Shown one piece after another: positions 15,801-25,220 of a stretch of 63,657 nt of DNA (position 1 is the stretch's first letter; every line of letters starts with the position of its first letter). Origin of the DNA: an uncultured Peptococcaceae bacterium (GTDB lineage Bacteria; Bacillota; Dehalobacteriia; UBA4068); assembly GCA_949289995.1 (NCBI GenBank), contig CASEQE010000051.1, positions 1-63,657 on the forward strand. The letters run 5' to 3'. A program made the position numbers and the translations under genes. The notes under the pieces were generated by a model, which saw only the letters and a list, made by a program, of their open reading frames with translations, did not search any database and had not been told where the DNA came from.

Positions 15801-17241
15801 TGTCCCGGTAATCGTACCAATTATTATTTATTTACTATTGATGTTGCTTATCGCCGCCTATACTACACGGCAGGGCCGTAAAAAAGGCGGCGGTTTCCTG
15901 GAAGAATATTTTATCGGTAGCCGTTCATTAGGCGCTTTTGTCCTGGCTATGACGTTAATCGCCACGTTTGTTAGCGCCAGCAGCTTCATTGGCGGCCCCG
16001 GCATAGCCTATTCCACCGGTTTGGCCTGGGTATTATTGGCCATGATACAAGTTCCCACCGCCTTTTTTACATTAGGCGTTTTGGGTAAAAAATTTGCCAT
16101 TATTGCCCGCCGAATCAAAGCGGTAACCGTAACGGATTATTTATATGCCCGCTATCAATCGAAAGCTGTGGTCATGATTGCCTCTTTGGCCATTTTGGCC
16201 TTTTTCATCGCCATGATGGTAGCGCAATTTATCGGCGGCGGCGTTTTATTTCAAAACATGACCGGTTACTCTTATCTTACCGGTTTAATCTTATTCGGTA
16301 TTATCGTCATCATTTATACCACCGTAGGCGGTTTTCGAGCCGTCGTATTTACCGACGCGATTCAGGCCGTAGTCATGGTTGTGGCCACCATCACCATTAC
16401 TTGCGCGATTATTAAGGCTGGTGGCGGCGTAGAAAGCATAGTAGATCGGATTGCCGCCGCCAATCCTTCCATGCTAGACGTAAACGCCGTAGCCAAACCC
16501 AATATTCTTTCCTATTGGGTTCTTGTGGGTATCGGTTTGCTGGGCTTACCGCAAACCACTGTACGGGCTATGAGCTTTAAGGATACCAAAGCCTTACATA
16601 ATTCTATGATCATTGGCACGATTGTGGTTGGTTTTTTGTTGTTAGGTATGCATTTATCCGGTTTTTTCTCTGCCGGCGTACTAACCGGCACCCCGGAAAC
16701 CTCCGATTCGGTAATTCCCATGATCGTTATGCAAATTTTACCCAATTTTTGGGCTGGTATTTTTCTTGCCGGTCCTTTGGCGGCAATTATGTCTACCGTT
16801 AGCTCTCTGTTGATTCTGGCATCCGCCGCTATTATCAAAGATATGCTGTTGCGCTTTGGCAAAAAACAATATGATAACCGGCAGCTGAAAAAAATCAGCA
16901 TACTGTGTACCGCCGTGATCGGTATCGTGACCTTCATCTTCGCCATTGAACCGCCGGATTTGATCGTATGGATCAATCTTTTCGCTATGGGCGGTTTGGA
17001 AGCGGTATTTTTCTGGCCAACCATCTTAGGACTATTTTGGCCGCGCGCCAATGCTAGCGGGGCGATTTGTTCCGCAATCGGCGGCGTAGCTACATTTTTG
17101 CTCCTTGGCGCGCTAGATTTTAGCTTTTATGGCATGAACAATATCGTTTTAGGTTTGGCCGTAGGATTGGTTTTCTTTATTATCGGCACCTATCTCGGAC
17201 CAAAACCCAATGATCAAATCAAAGAATTGTTTTTCGGTTAA
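15793..17241 (+). CDS. panF: Sodium/pantothenate symporter (SSF family)
   Basis: Track ORF 15727.. trimmed to ATG 15793 after AGGAGG. The MNNVPVIVPIIIYLLLML N-terminus and SSF-type polytopic sequence are preceded by a yhdT-like gene, as in enteric yhdT-panF. Confidence 0.8.
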   Translation: MNNVPVIVPIIIYLLLMLLIAAYTTRQGRKKGGGFLEEYFIGSRSLGAFVLAMTLIATFVSASSFIGGPGIAYSTGLAWVLLAMIQVPTAFFTLGVLGKKFAIIARRIKAVTVTDYLYARYQSKAVVMIASLAILAFFIAMMVAQFIGGGVLFQNMTGYSYLTGLILFGIIVIIYTTVGGFRAVVFTDAIQAVVMVVATITITCAIIKAGGGVESIVDRIAAANPSMLDVNAVAKPNILSYWVLVGIGLLGLPQTTVRAMSFKDTKALHNSMIIGTIVVGFLLLGMHLSGFFSAGVLTGTPETSDSVIPMIVMQILPNFWAGIFLAGPLAAIMSTVSSLLILASAAIIKDMLLRFGKKQYDNRQLKKISILCTAVIGIVTFIFAIEPPDLIVWINLFAMGGLEAVFFWPTILGLFWPRANASGAICSAIGGVATFLLLGALDFSFYGMNNIVLGLAVGLVFFIIGTYLGPKPNDQIKELFFG

Positions 17242-17303
17242 ATCTCTTTCCACAAACACAGTTGCCGCCAGCAGATTGAATTTTCATATCAAAATCAAAA
17301 TAA

Positions 17304-17343
17304 AACAAGAAGTCAACCGGCTAGACGTTGGCTTCTTGTTTCA
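17304..17343 (+). terminator. Intrinsic terminator after panF
   Basis: AACAAGAAGTCAAC / GTTGGCTTCTTGTT, 14-bp stem with one wobble, followed by T-rich sequence. Confidence 0.7.
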
Positions 17344-17713
17344 TTGCTAAAGGTTTTATGGTTTTTGCTTTAGGCAAAATTTATTATACCTGTTGCATTT
17401 CCCTTTGTCCATATTTTTTTCTCCAGACTTTATTGCATATTTTTAGTCATAAAATAAACTTATTCTATCATATTATCCAAATTTATTTACAATATAGCGG
17501 ATAACGTCAGTTATATAGCTATAATATATATAATCATATTAAGATGACATTTACGAAAAAACAGAATGAAAACAAAAAAGCATAAAAATTAGCGATTACA
17601 TCTACAAAAAGGAGATCTGGTAATTTATGGACAAAGCAGGAAAGAAAACAGCGGCGTCGAAGATATATCGGTCGAGGTATATATCGACAATTTACATATA
17701 TCGAGGTAAAAGC

Positions 17714-18310
17714 ATGAAAAAAACGGCAACCCTAACCGTTACCGCCCGATTCTTCCTGATAACCACGCTTTTGCTCTGTCTCTTTGCCGCCGCGATACGG
17801 CCGGCTTTCGCTGCCGATCCCGGCTCCGCCGCAGATCCGTTGGTCAGCAAAAGTTGGGTAGATGGATATGTGCAGGAACAATTTGAGGCTTTGCAAAATC
17901 AAATAGATAGCTTAAAAGAAAGCTTATCTACATCTTGTCATATCGTACTAACGATCGGCAGCCGTACTGCTTATGTAAATGGACAAGCTGTGGTTATGGA
18001 TACGGAAGCCGTTATTATGGGCGCCGGTTATACAATGGTTCCGGCAAGAATGATCGGCGAATCTCTCGGCATGACGGTCTCATGGGATGCAGTTAAACGG
18101 CAGGTGGCTTATAGCTATCGCGGCGATACCATGGTTTTACAAATTGGTAGCACTGCCGCATCCGTAAACGGCGCTGCCTATACCTTGCCTTATGCGCCGG
18201 TCATCAATAGCGCCGACCGCACGCTTGTACACGTCCGTTTTGCCGAAGCTTTAGGTTGCACTTTCACCTGGGATCCAGTAAAACGCCAAGTAGATATATA
18301 TCGCAATTAA
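17714..18310 (+). CDS. Copper amine oxidase N-terminal (stalk) domain-containing secreted protein
   Basis: Trimmed to ATG 17714 after GAGGT. Signal peptide MKKTATLTV...AFAADP. Two repeats of the pattern YTMVPARMIGESLGMTVSWD / TLVHVRFAEALGCTFTWD. Confidence 0.75.
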   Translation: MKKTATLTVTARFFLITTLLLCLFAAAIRPAFAADPGSAADPLVSKSWVDGYVQEQFEALQNQIDSLKESLSTSCHIVLTIGSRTAYVNGQAVVMDTEAVIMGAGYTMVPARMIGESLGMTVSWDAVKRQVAYSYRGDTMVLQIGSTAASVNGAAYTLPYAPVINSADRTLVHVRFAEALGCTFTWDPVKRQVDIYRN

Positions 18311-18324
18311 TTTTGAGGTGAATT

Positions 18325-19590
18325 ATGACCGATAATACTTTTTGGGAACAGGATCGTACGACGATCCATCAAAAACGTTCTTGGTTTCTTCGCTTAACGA
18401 CACTGCAAAAGATATGCTTTGCGCTTATTTTTCTGTTTGTCCTAGCCTGGTTCTTTTACCTAGGATTCGTTACATCGGTGGCCGCCGCGGAAAAATGGGA
18501 AGGCGAAGTGGTTACTTCCGAGGATATTAGCGCTCCTCCCCGGGAAGATATCGTCACCCTGGAAGGTACAAAAGTCGTCTTACTGGTAGGCGCCGATAAT
18601 CGAGAAGGAGAAAACGCCGGCAGAACGGATACGATTATCCTCGCCTTTATGGATATGACCAATAAATCGGTCAAGCTATTATCCATTCCTCGGGATACAT
18701 ATGTGCAAATTCCCGGAACCAGCACCAAAACAAAAATCAACCATTCCTTCTTCTATGGCGGTATCAATCTAACGATGAAAACCATAGAAGATTTTCTTGG
18801 CGTAGATATAGACGGCTATGTATTAATCGATTTCCAAGGCTTTATCGATCTGATCGATACCATCGGCGGCGTAGAAGTTGATGTTGAGATGGATATGTAT
18901 AAACAATGGGAAAACATTAACCTAAAAGCCGGCCTACAAACCCTTAATGGTACAGATGCTCTTGGGTATGTACGTTTTCGTGACACAGCTACCGCCGATA
19001 TCGGCCGTATAGAACGACAACAAAAATTTCTTAAACTATTGGCGGATAAATTACTTTCCCTATCTACCATACTAAAAACCCCGCAATTGGTATCTATCGC
19101 CATGGATAACGTCACAACCTCGTTTAGCTTAAGCGATTGCCTGTCGATGGCTACCACTTTAATGAACATGGATATAGATAATCTGCAAACCTACACCGTT
19201 CCTGGAGTGGGTAAATATCTTCCTTATGGCAATCAATATATATCCTATTGGGTGGTATCTTCCAGCAAATTGCGGGATATGCTGATAGAAATTACCGGCA
19301 ACGAAAATATCAATCTTCACATCATGGACGATGGCGGAACCGGCGTCTACTCCATTCCTTCCCATGTGGAAGAAGAAGAAGAAGAAGAAGCCGGCGACAA
19401 ATTGACGGAAAATATGGACGATATCCCCAGCGATACCACGGTTCCTGAAAACGAAGACGGTATGGGAGAATCCAACCAGGGCAACGCTGAAGAAACCGTT
19501 TTACCGCCGGAAGATGGCAACATGGGCGACCCAACGCAACCACAGGAGCCAACGGCCACCACGCCGGAAACGGAAAACGGCAACGGATAA
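18325..19590 (+). CDS. LCP (LytR-CpsA-Psr) family protein with acidic, Pro/Thr-rich disordered tail
   Basis: N-terminal TM segment. GRTDTIILAF, LLSIPRDTYV and ALGYVRFR motifs. The last ~80 aa are low complexity (EEEEEEEAGD...PQEPTATTPETENGNG). Confidence 0.85.
   Translation: MTDNTFWEQDRTTIHQKRSWFLRLTTLQKICFALIFLFVLAWFFYLGFVTSVAAAEKWEGEVVTSEDISAPPREDIVTLEGTKVVLLVGADNREGENAGRTDTIILAFMDMTNKSVKLLSIPRDTYVQIPGTSTKTKINHSFFYGGINLTMKTIEDFLGVDIDGYVLIDFQGFIDLIDTIGGVEVDVEMDMYKQWENINLKAGLQTLNGTDALGYVRFRDTATADIGRIERQQKFLKLLADKLLSLSTILKTPQLVSIAMDNVTTSFSLSDCLSMATTLMNMDIDNLQTYTVPGVGKYLPYGNQYISYWVVSSSKLRDMLIEITGNENINLHIMDDGGTGVYSIPSHVEEEEEEEAGDKLTENMDDIPSDTTVPENEDGMGESNQGNAEETVLPPEDGNMGDPTQPQEPTATTPETENGNG
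19369..19389 (+). repeat. (GAA)7 trinucleotide repeat encoding Glu7 in the LCP tail
   Basis: Seven perfect GAA units, counted by hand. Confidence 0.9.
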
Positions 19591-19615
19591 AATCGTTAAA
19601 ATCCAGGAGTGCTTT

Positions 19616-20356
19616 ATGCGGATTCTACAAGTGAGAGTGGACGAATGTTCCATGGATGAAGCCCTATCCCAAGCGTCCCAGTGGCTGGCCGCCTATCCGG
19701 AGCAAGCGCCGATGAAACAAATCGTTACCTTAAATCCGGAAGGGGTTATGCTGGCGATTCAAGATGCGACCTTTCGCAATGTCATCGAGAAGGCGGCATT
19801 GGTTACGGCAGATGGCAATGGTATTTTATGGGCGGCAGAACGATATGGCATAAAAGGCGTGCAACGTCTCACAGGTATTGATTTGATGCAACGTCTTTGT
19901 CAATTGGCTGCGGAAAAAAATTGGCCAATATTTCTTTTGGGAGCCCAGCCTGGCGTCGCAGCGGCGGCAGGAGAAAAATTACAACAGCAGTATCCTGGCT
20001 TACGCATAGCAGGTACGGAAAACGGCTATTTTCGCGATCGGGAAGATCAAGTGATTGCCACCATACGTCAGGCGCAGCCAGCTTTACTATTTGCCGGTTT
20101 GGGTATGCCATTTCAAGAAAAGTGGCTGGCGCAAAACGCTCATCAACTAGGAGCAGCGGTAGCCATGGGCGTAGGCGGTAGCTTTGATGTGCTTTGCGGC
20201 AATTTAAAACGAGCGCCGCAATTTATTCAAAAATTGCGTTTGGAATGGCTATATCGATTGGTGCAACAGCCGTCCCGCTGGCGTCGCTATCTAGCGTTGC
20301 CTCGATTTATGGCCGCAGTGCGCCAGGATGCCAAACGCACGTTTAAAATATCCTAA
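19616..20356 (+). CDS. tagA: WecB/TagA/CpsF-family glycosyltransferase
   Basis: Trimmed to ATG 19616 after AGGAG. VTADGNGILWAAERYG, IFLLGAQPGVAAAAGEKL and RLEWLYRL motifs. Confidence 0.8.
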   Translation: MRILQVRVDECSMDEALSQASQWLAAYPEQAPMKQIVTLNPEGVMLAIQDATFRNVIEKAALVTADGNGILWAAERYGIKGVQRLTGIDLMQRLCQLAAEKNWPIFLLGAQPGVAAAAGEKLQQQYPGLRIAGTENGYFRDREDQVIATIRQAQPALLFAGLGMPFQEKWLAQNAHQLGAAVAMGVGGSFDVLCGNLKRAPQFIQKLRLEWLYRLVQQPSRWRRYLALPRFMAAVRQDAKRTFKIS

Positions 20357-20373
20357 ATGCGTATTTTCTTTTA

Positions 20374-20402
20374 AAAAACTGGCTACGGCCAGTTTTTCTT
20401 TT
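20374..20402 (+). terminator. Intrinsic terminator after tagA
   Basis: AAAAACTGGC-tacg-GCCAGTTTTT followed by cttttt. Confidence 0.8.
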
Positions 20403-20523
20403 TGTAATGTTCCTTATACCTAGGAAAAAAAATATTTCATGCAAAAAGGAAAAATTTGTACGGTATAAGATATATGCTTTTCGCGCACAATAGCCTCAGC
20501 AAGCACAAAGGAGGTGAAACTAA

Positions 20524-20784
20524 ATGCGCAGCAACAATACGCCTTCCGTTCCTGCCGCTTCCAGCGCATTGAATAATTTCAAAATGGAAGTTGCTAACGA
20601 ACTGGGTATTTCCAATTATGACCAGATTGATAAAGGCCAGTTGTCTTCCCGTCAAAACGGTTATGTGGGCGGCAATATGACTAAAAAAATGGTTGCTTTC
20701 GCTGAGCATGCTCTGTCCCAAGGTCAGACTTCTGCGGTGAATAGCGCTTCTTCTACCATTTACAGCAATAACAGCAACAACTAG
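20524..20784 (+). CDS. Alpha/beta-type small acid-soluble spore protein
   Basis: AAAGGAGGTG before the ATG. ALNNFKMEVANELGI and GYVGGNMTKKMV are SASP signatures. Confidence 0.9.
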   Translation: MRSNNTPSVPAASSALNNFKMEVANELGISNYDQIDKGQLSSRQNGYVGGNMTKKMVAFAEHALSQGQTSAVNSASSTIYSNNSNN

Positions 20785-20796
20785 CATTTTTGCTAA

Positions 20797-20850
20797 AAAA
20801 CCTTGCGAGTTAACGAACGTGAGCTCATAACTCGCAAGGTTTTTCTTTTT
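20797..20850. terminator. Bidirectional terminator between the SASP gene and glmM
   Basis: Perfect 16-bp arms AAAACCTTGCGAGTTA (20797-20812) / TAACTCGCAAGGTTTT (20828-20843), followed by a T-run. Confidence 0.85.
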
Positions 20851-20875
20851 GTTTATAAGCATTTAAGGCATAGGA

Positions 20876-22216
20876 TCAATTTAACGAAACTCTTACCGCT
20901 TGTGCAATTCTCTCCACAACGGTATGCAGTTGATCCAAATCTCGTCCTTCCGCCATAACCCGAATCACTGGTTCCGTGCCGGATGGACGCAACAGCACCC
21001 GCCCTTGCCCAGCTAACTCTGCCTCACCGGCGGCGATGGCTTGCCGAATGGCCTCTTGTTCATGCCAATCTTCCTTATGTGCCACCTCTACATTTACCAA
21101 AACCTGCGGCAATCTCTCCATAATATCCTTCAACTTACTTAAAGGTTGACCACATTCTTTGATAATACGCAATAACTGCAAAGCAGCGGCAGGACCATCG
21201 CCGGTGGTATTATAATGAGATAGGATTAAGTGTCCCGATTGCTCGCCGCCTGCAACAGCGCCAGTAGCCAACATTCTCTCCAATACATAACGATCGCCGA
21301 CTTTGGTTTCCTCCACCTGTACGCCTAATTTTTCCATAGCCAATTTTAAACCCAAATTACTCATTTGCGTAACCACTACCCTGTTTGCAGTTAGTAAATC
21401 GCGTTCTTTCAGCCAAGCGGCAATGATTGCCAACAAGAAATCTCCGTCTACTTCCCCGCCGGTTTCATCAATCGCTAATAGGCGGTCGGCATCGCCGTCA
21501 AAAGCCAAACCTAAATCGGCTTTTTCCTCTAATACAAGTTTTTGCAAAGCAGCCAAATGTGTACTACCGCAGTTATCGTTAATATTCACGCCATTCGGTT
21601 GATCGCCACATACCACAATATCCGCCCCTAAACGACGCAACAGCGGCGGCATCAATTGCCAAGAAGCGCCGTTGGCGCAATCTAAAGCAATTTTCATACC
21701 TGTCAAATCTGGGCTTTGTCGCTCCAGTAACAATTTCGCATATGTCTCAATAGCCTGTGGATATACATGAATCCGGCCAATATGATCCTCCGTTGCACGG
21801 GGAATATCTTGAGGATTGGCTAAAAGCGATTCCAGCTTATCCTCCGTTTGATCCGGCAATTTATATCCGCCACGGGCAAAAAATTTAATGCCGTTATCAA
21901 AATACGGATTATGCGAAGCCGAAATCACCGCGGCGGCATCTCCTTGTAAATGGCGTAATAGCGCCGCCACTCCGGGGGTGGGAATCACTCCCAACAACAC
22001 CACGTCCACGCCGGCGGCAGTCAAACCTGCAGCCAAAGCAGATTCCAACATATCGCCGGAAATACGAGTATCCTTGCCAATTAAAATAGTAGATTTTTGC
22101 TTATTATTATCGGTTAAAGCCACAGCGGCAGCCAATCCTAGCCGATACGCCAATTCAGGCGTCAACGCCACCCCCGCTTTGCCGCGTATTCCATCGGTTC
22201 CAAATTTTCTACTCAT
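20876..22216 (-). CDS. glmM: Phosphoglucosamine mutase
   Basis: MSRKFGTDGIRGKAG N-terminus, active-site SASHNP, GGEQSGH. Confidence 0.95.
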   Translation of the reverse strand: MSRKFGTDGIRGKAGVALTPELAYRLGLAAAVALTDNNKQKSTILIGKDTRISGDMLESALAAGLTAAGVDVVLLGVIPTPGVAALLRHLQGDAAAVISASHNPYFDNGIKFFARGGYKLPDQTEDKLESLLANPQDIPRATEDHIGRIHVYPQAIETYAKLLLERQSPDLTGMKIALDCANGASWQLMPPLLRRLGADIVVCGDQPNGVNINDNCGSTHLAALQKLVLEEKADLGLAFDGDADRLLAIDETGGEVDGDFLLAIIAAWLKERDLLTANRVVVTQMSNLGLKLAMEKLGVQVEETKVGDRYVLERMLATGAVAGGEQSGHLILSHYNTTGDGPAAALQLLRIIKECGQPLSKLKDIMERLPQVLVNVEVAHKEDWHEQEAIRQAIAAGEAELAGQGRVLLRPSGTEPVIRVMAEGRDLDQLHTVVERIAQAVRVSLN

Positions 22217-23787
22217 AGTGTTCCTATCCTTTCCATAAGCGCATAAGCGCTTTTTAATCCATCTATGGCGCTGCTCACGATTCCGCCTGCATAGCCCGCC
22301 CCCTCGCCTGCCGGATATAGTCCTTCTACCGACAAACTTTGGCGATTCTCGCCACGCAACAGGCGCACCGGCGCCGAAGTTCTGGTTTCAATAGCCGCTA
22401 AAAACCCCTGCTGGTGGAAGCCAGGGATTTGCCTTTGCCAATAGCAAATGGCATCGGCTATGGCATTAGCCAAGGCGTCAGGAAGCAAACGCCGCAAATC
22501 AGCGTTCACCACGCCGCAACTACAAGGGCTAAAGCCATACAAAGACTTTCTTGCCGGTTGCCCGGCTAAAAATTCTTCCACGCTTTGACTAGGCAAAGCA
22601 TAGCTACCGCTCAATTGATACGCCTGTTCCTCTAACAAGATTTGCCATTCCATACCAGCCAAAGGCCCGGCGCCAAAATCTCTGCCTGGAGATACCGCCG
22701 CCACCACCGCGCTATTGGCCCTTCCGCTATCGCGAGCCGCTTGCGAAGCGCCATTGGTTACCAAAGCCGCTTCCGCCGACGAAGCGTTAACCACGAAGCC
22801 GCCGGGACACATACAAAACGTGTACACACCTCGCCCGTCTGCCGGATTACGAAAGGTAAGCTGATAATCGGCGGCAGATAATAGCGGATGGCCGACAAAA
22901 GCGCCATAACGGGCGTAGTCGATTTTTTCCTGGCTATGCTCCAAACGCAATCCAATAGCAAACGGTTTCGCCTCCATAGCTAACCTATGCCTGTGGGCCA
23001 TGCGATATATATCCCGGGCGCCGTTGCCGGTTGCCAGAATCAAATTTTCTACGGCGGTTTGCCACTGTACGCCATCCTGTTCCAAAGTGACGGATCGTAA
23101 ACGCCCATGGACGATTTCCATATCCGTTAAACAAGTCTGGTACAACAACCTGCCGCCTAAATCAACAATTCGGCGGCATATTGCATCGATAATCGCCGGC
23201 AAACGATCGCTGCCAATATGCGGCCTATACCAATAATCAATAGCCGGATCGGCGCCATATTGTTGCAGCAAGGTAAAAACCTGGCGCGCCAATACGTCTT
23301 TGCTTCGGCTAGTAAGCTTACCGTCAGAAAAAGCCCCGGCGCCGCCTTGACCGAATTGAATATTGCTGTGATAATCCAAACAGCCGGTCTGCCAAAAACG
23401 TTGCACCGTAGCCAGACGTTCTGACACGGGCTGGCCTTTTTCAATCACCGTAGGCCGTAAGCCAGCCTCCGCCAAAGCCAAAGCGGCAAATAAGCCGGCA
23501 GGCCCCAAACCGACCACCATAGGCGCTATGGATACGGCTTTCACCTGCGGCCAGCGCAGCGGCTCTTCTGCTCCGCCATTGATTTCCACTTGATATAAAA
23601 ATAGCAAGTTGTTTTTATCGCGCGCATCCAAAGACTTTTTGCGCAGGCGGAATCGATAAATTTCCCGCGGCTTTATTCGCATTTTATGTGCGGCTAGCCG
23701 GCGCAACATCTCTTCTTCCTCTACTTGACTATGCAGCTGCCGTAAAGGTATTTTTAGTGTAATGGCTGCAGCTTGTTCCCGGTTCAT
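22213..23787 (-). CDS. Uncharacterised FAD-dependent protein (COG2509-like dehydrogenase)
   Basis: Dinucleotide fold VVGLGPAGLFAALALAEAG. FGQGGAGAFSDGKL and C-terminal YPAGEGAGYAGGI motifs. ATGA overlaps at both ends (22213-22216 and 23784-23787). Confidence 0.8.
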   Translation of the reverse strand: MNREQAAAITLKIPLRQLHSQVEEEEMLRRLAAHKMRIKPREIYRFRLRKKSLDARDKNNLLFLYQVEINGGAEEPLRWPQVKAVSIAPMVVGLGPAGLFAALALAEAGLRPTVIEKGQPVSERLATVQRFWQTGCLDYHSNIQFGQGGAGAFSDGKLTSRSKDVLARQVFTLLQQYGADPAIDYWYRPHIGSDRLPAIIDAICRRIVDLGGRLLYQTCLTDMEIVHGRLRSVTLEQDGVQWQTAVENLILATGNGARDIYRMAHRHRLAMEAKPFAIGLRLEHSQEKIDYARYGAFVGHPLLSAADYQLTFRNPADGRGVYTFCMCPGGFVVNASSAEAALVTNGASQAARDSGRANSAVVAAVSPGRDFGAGPLAGMEWQILLEEQAYQLSGSYALPSQSVEEFLAGQPARKSLYGFSPCSCGVVNADLRRLLPDALANAIADAICYWQRQIPGFHQQGFLAAIETRTSAPVRLLRGENRQSLSVEGLYPAGEGAGYAGGIVSSAIDGLKSAYALMERIGTL

Positions 23788-25220
23788 TCCGCGCCTACGC
23801 TTTCACCGGCAGAATTGTTATCGGTTTCTTCTTCGCCGCTGGGGGCGTCATTTTCCTCCCCCGCGCCTTCGCCGTTTATCTCGCTGATCTGCACCGTAAT
23901 TTCTCCAGGATCACATGACGCAACGCTTATATTAGCCGGTAGCGAAACGCTGATCGGTAACGTATAGCTACCGGGTTCGGTAATGTTTGAACAATCCACA
24001 TATGGAACTACTCGCGTGGGATCCAAATCTTGTATTAACGTTTCGGGGCCGGAAACGACAATATCCACCGTCACATTGGGCACCTCGGCGCTTAACGTAT
24101 CCGCTAGATTTTCCACATGTACCAAATCTTTGGTTAAAGAAGCGGTAGAAACCGCATCGATTTTAATCGCCACCGTAACGCTGGACGTGCTCAACGTGAT
24201 CCCGTTAACAGCCGCCAAATCCACCGTACGGGTTACGCTTTCCCGTAAGCCGCTCACATCTATCGGTTGGGTTTCAATATAGTATAGCTGATTCAAATAT
24301 TCCATATCGCCCAGAACTTTTACCGTAGACGGCTCTACCACGATCTGGCTAATCTGAAAACCGGTGGCAGGTTTACCGTTGATCACTGCCGATACCGCCA
24401 CATCTTTTTCCGGCATCGATGCGGAAATGGGAATCACAACGTTACAAGTGGAAGGCGCAATGTTAAACCACTGGCTGATATTGTTGCCCGCGGCATCCAA
24501 CACTTCCAAAGATAGATTCTGGTTATAGCTGCTTTCCACATCGGTCACGTCGGCGCTAACAAAGACGCAATTTACTTGTTGCATATACTCCGCGGGGCCG
24601 TATAAAGTGATCTGTGATGGGGTAAGAACGGCATCCATCAAGGCAAAACCTTCCGCCGGTTGACCGATGATTTTCAATTCCACAGGAAAAACTTCCGATA
24701 CCACATTTTCAATAGAAACGTCAATGGTCTCCGGACTTTGGGAAACCAATTGCACGCCAGCAGGCAAATCCACTTTCACCTGTAAAGTTGCTTCGCCAGC
24801 CATCACCCCGGTACAATCAATATACGCAGCAAAATCCTTAGTGGTTAACGTATTAATCACTGTAGAATTACCTTGCACACGGATCTGCACCTGATAATTT
24901 TGCTCCATAAGCGCCAATTCCGAGGACAAATTTCTTTGTTCAATGGGGATGGTATAGGTAGCCTCGGTTAATGGATTCTGACTAGCCGTCACATACGTCC
25001 ACAACAAAGCCGCCAACACGATAGCCGATATTTTATAAACCAGATTATGCTGAATTCTTCTTTTGACTCTCTCTTTGAAATCAATGGTTTTGGCTTGCCC
25101 ATCTATAACGCTGGACGGAGCGGCGTCTTCGCCGTCGGTTTGCTGATCCTGGCTGGTTTGTGCAACCGGGTCGGTTTCCGGCAATTTGTTTTCCGGTTCT
25201 TTATCCATATTCTTAACCAC
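23784..25220 (-). CDS. cdaR: CdaR (YbbR-domain) regulator of diadenylate cyclase
   Basis: N-terminal TM followed by repeated YbbR-like beta-rich modules. GTG start at 25220 follows AAGGGGGTG and overlaps the cdaA stop. The position directly after cdaA is canonical. Confidence 0.8.
   Translation of the reverse strand: MVKNMDKEPENKLPETDPVAQTSQDQQTDGEDAAPSSVIDGQAKTIDFKERVKRRIQHNLVYKISAIVLAALLWTYVTASQNPLTEATYTIPIEQRNLSSELALMEQNYQVQIRVQGNSTVINTLTTKDFAAYIDCTGVMAGEATLQVKVDLPAGVQLVSQSPETIDVSIENVVSEVFPVELKIIGQPAEGFALMDAVLTPSQITLYGPAEYMQQVNCVFVSADVTDVESSYNQNLSLEVLDAAGNNISQWFNIAPSTCNVVIPISASMPEKDVAVSAVINGKPATGFQISQIVVEPSTVKVLGDMEYLNQLYYIETQPIDVSGLRESVTRTVDLAAVNGITLSTSSVTVAIKIDAVSTASLTKDLVHVENLADTLSAEVPNVTVDIVVSGPETLIQDLDPTRVVPYVDCSNITEPGSYTLPISVSLPANISVASCDPGEITVQISEINGEGAGEENDAPSGEEETDNNSAGESVGAE

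Noticed and set aside
17660-17713. Threefold ATATATCG motif and duplicated TCGAGGTA upstream of the stalk-domain gene
   Set aside because: These are short AT-rich motifs in an AT-rich spacer. One copy simply contains the SD. There is no evidence for function beyond a possible local duplication.
20403-20523. A forespore (sigma-G/F) promoter for the SASP gene
   Set aside because: I could not align a convincing -35/-10 pair to the remembered consensus by eye. The gene is probably sigma-G dependent, but the site cannot be supported from sequence alone.
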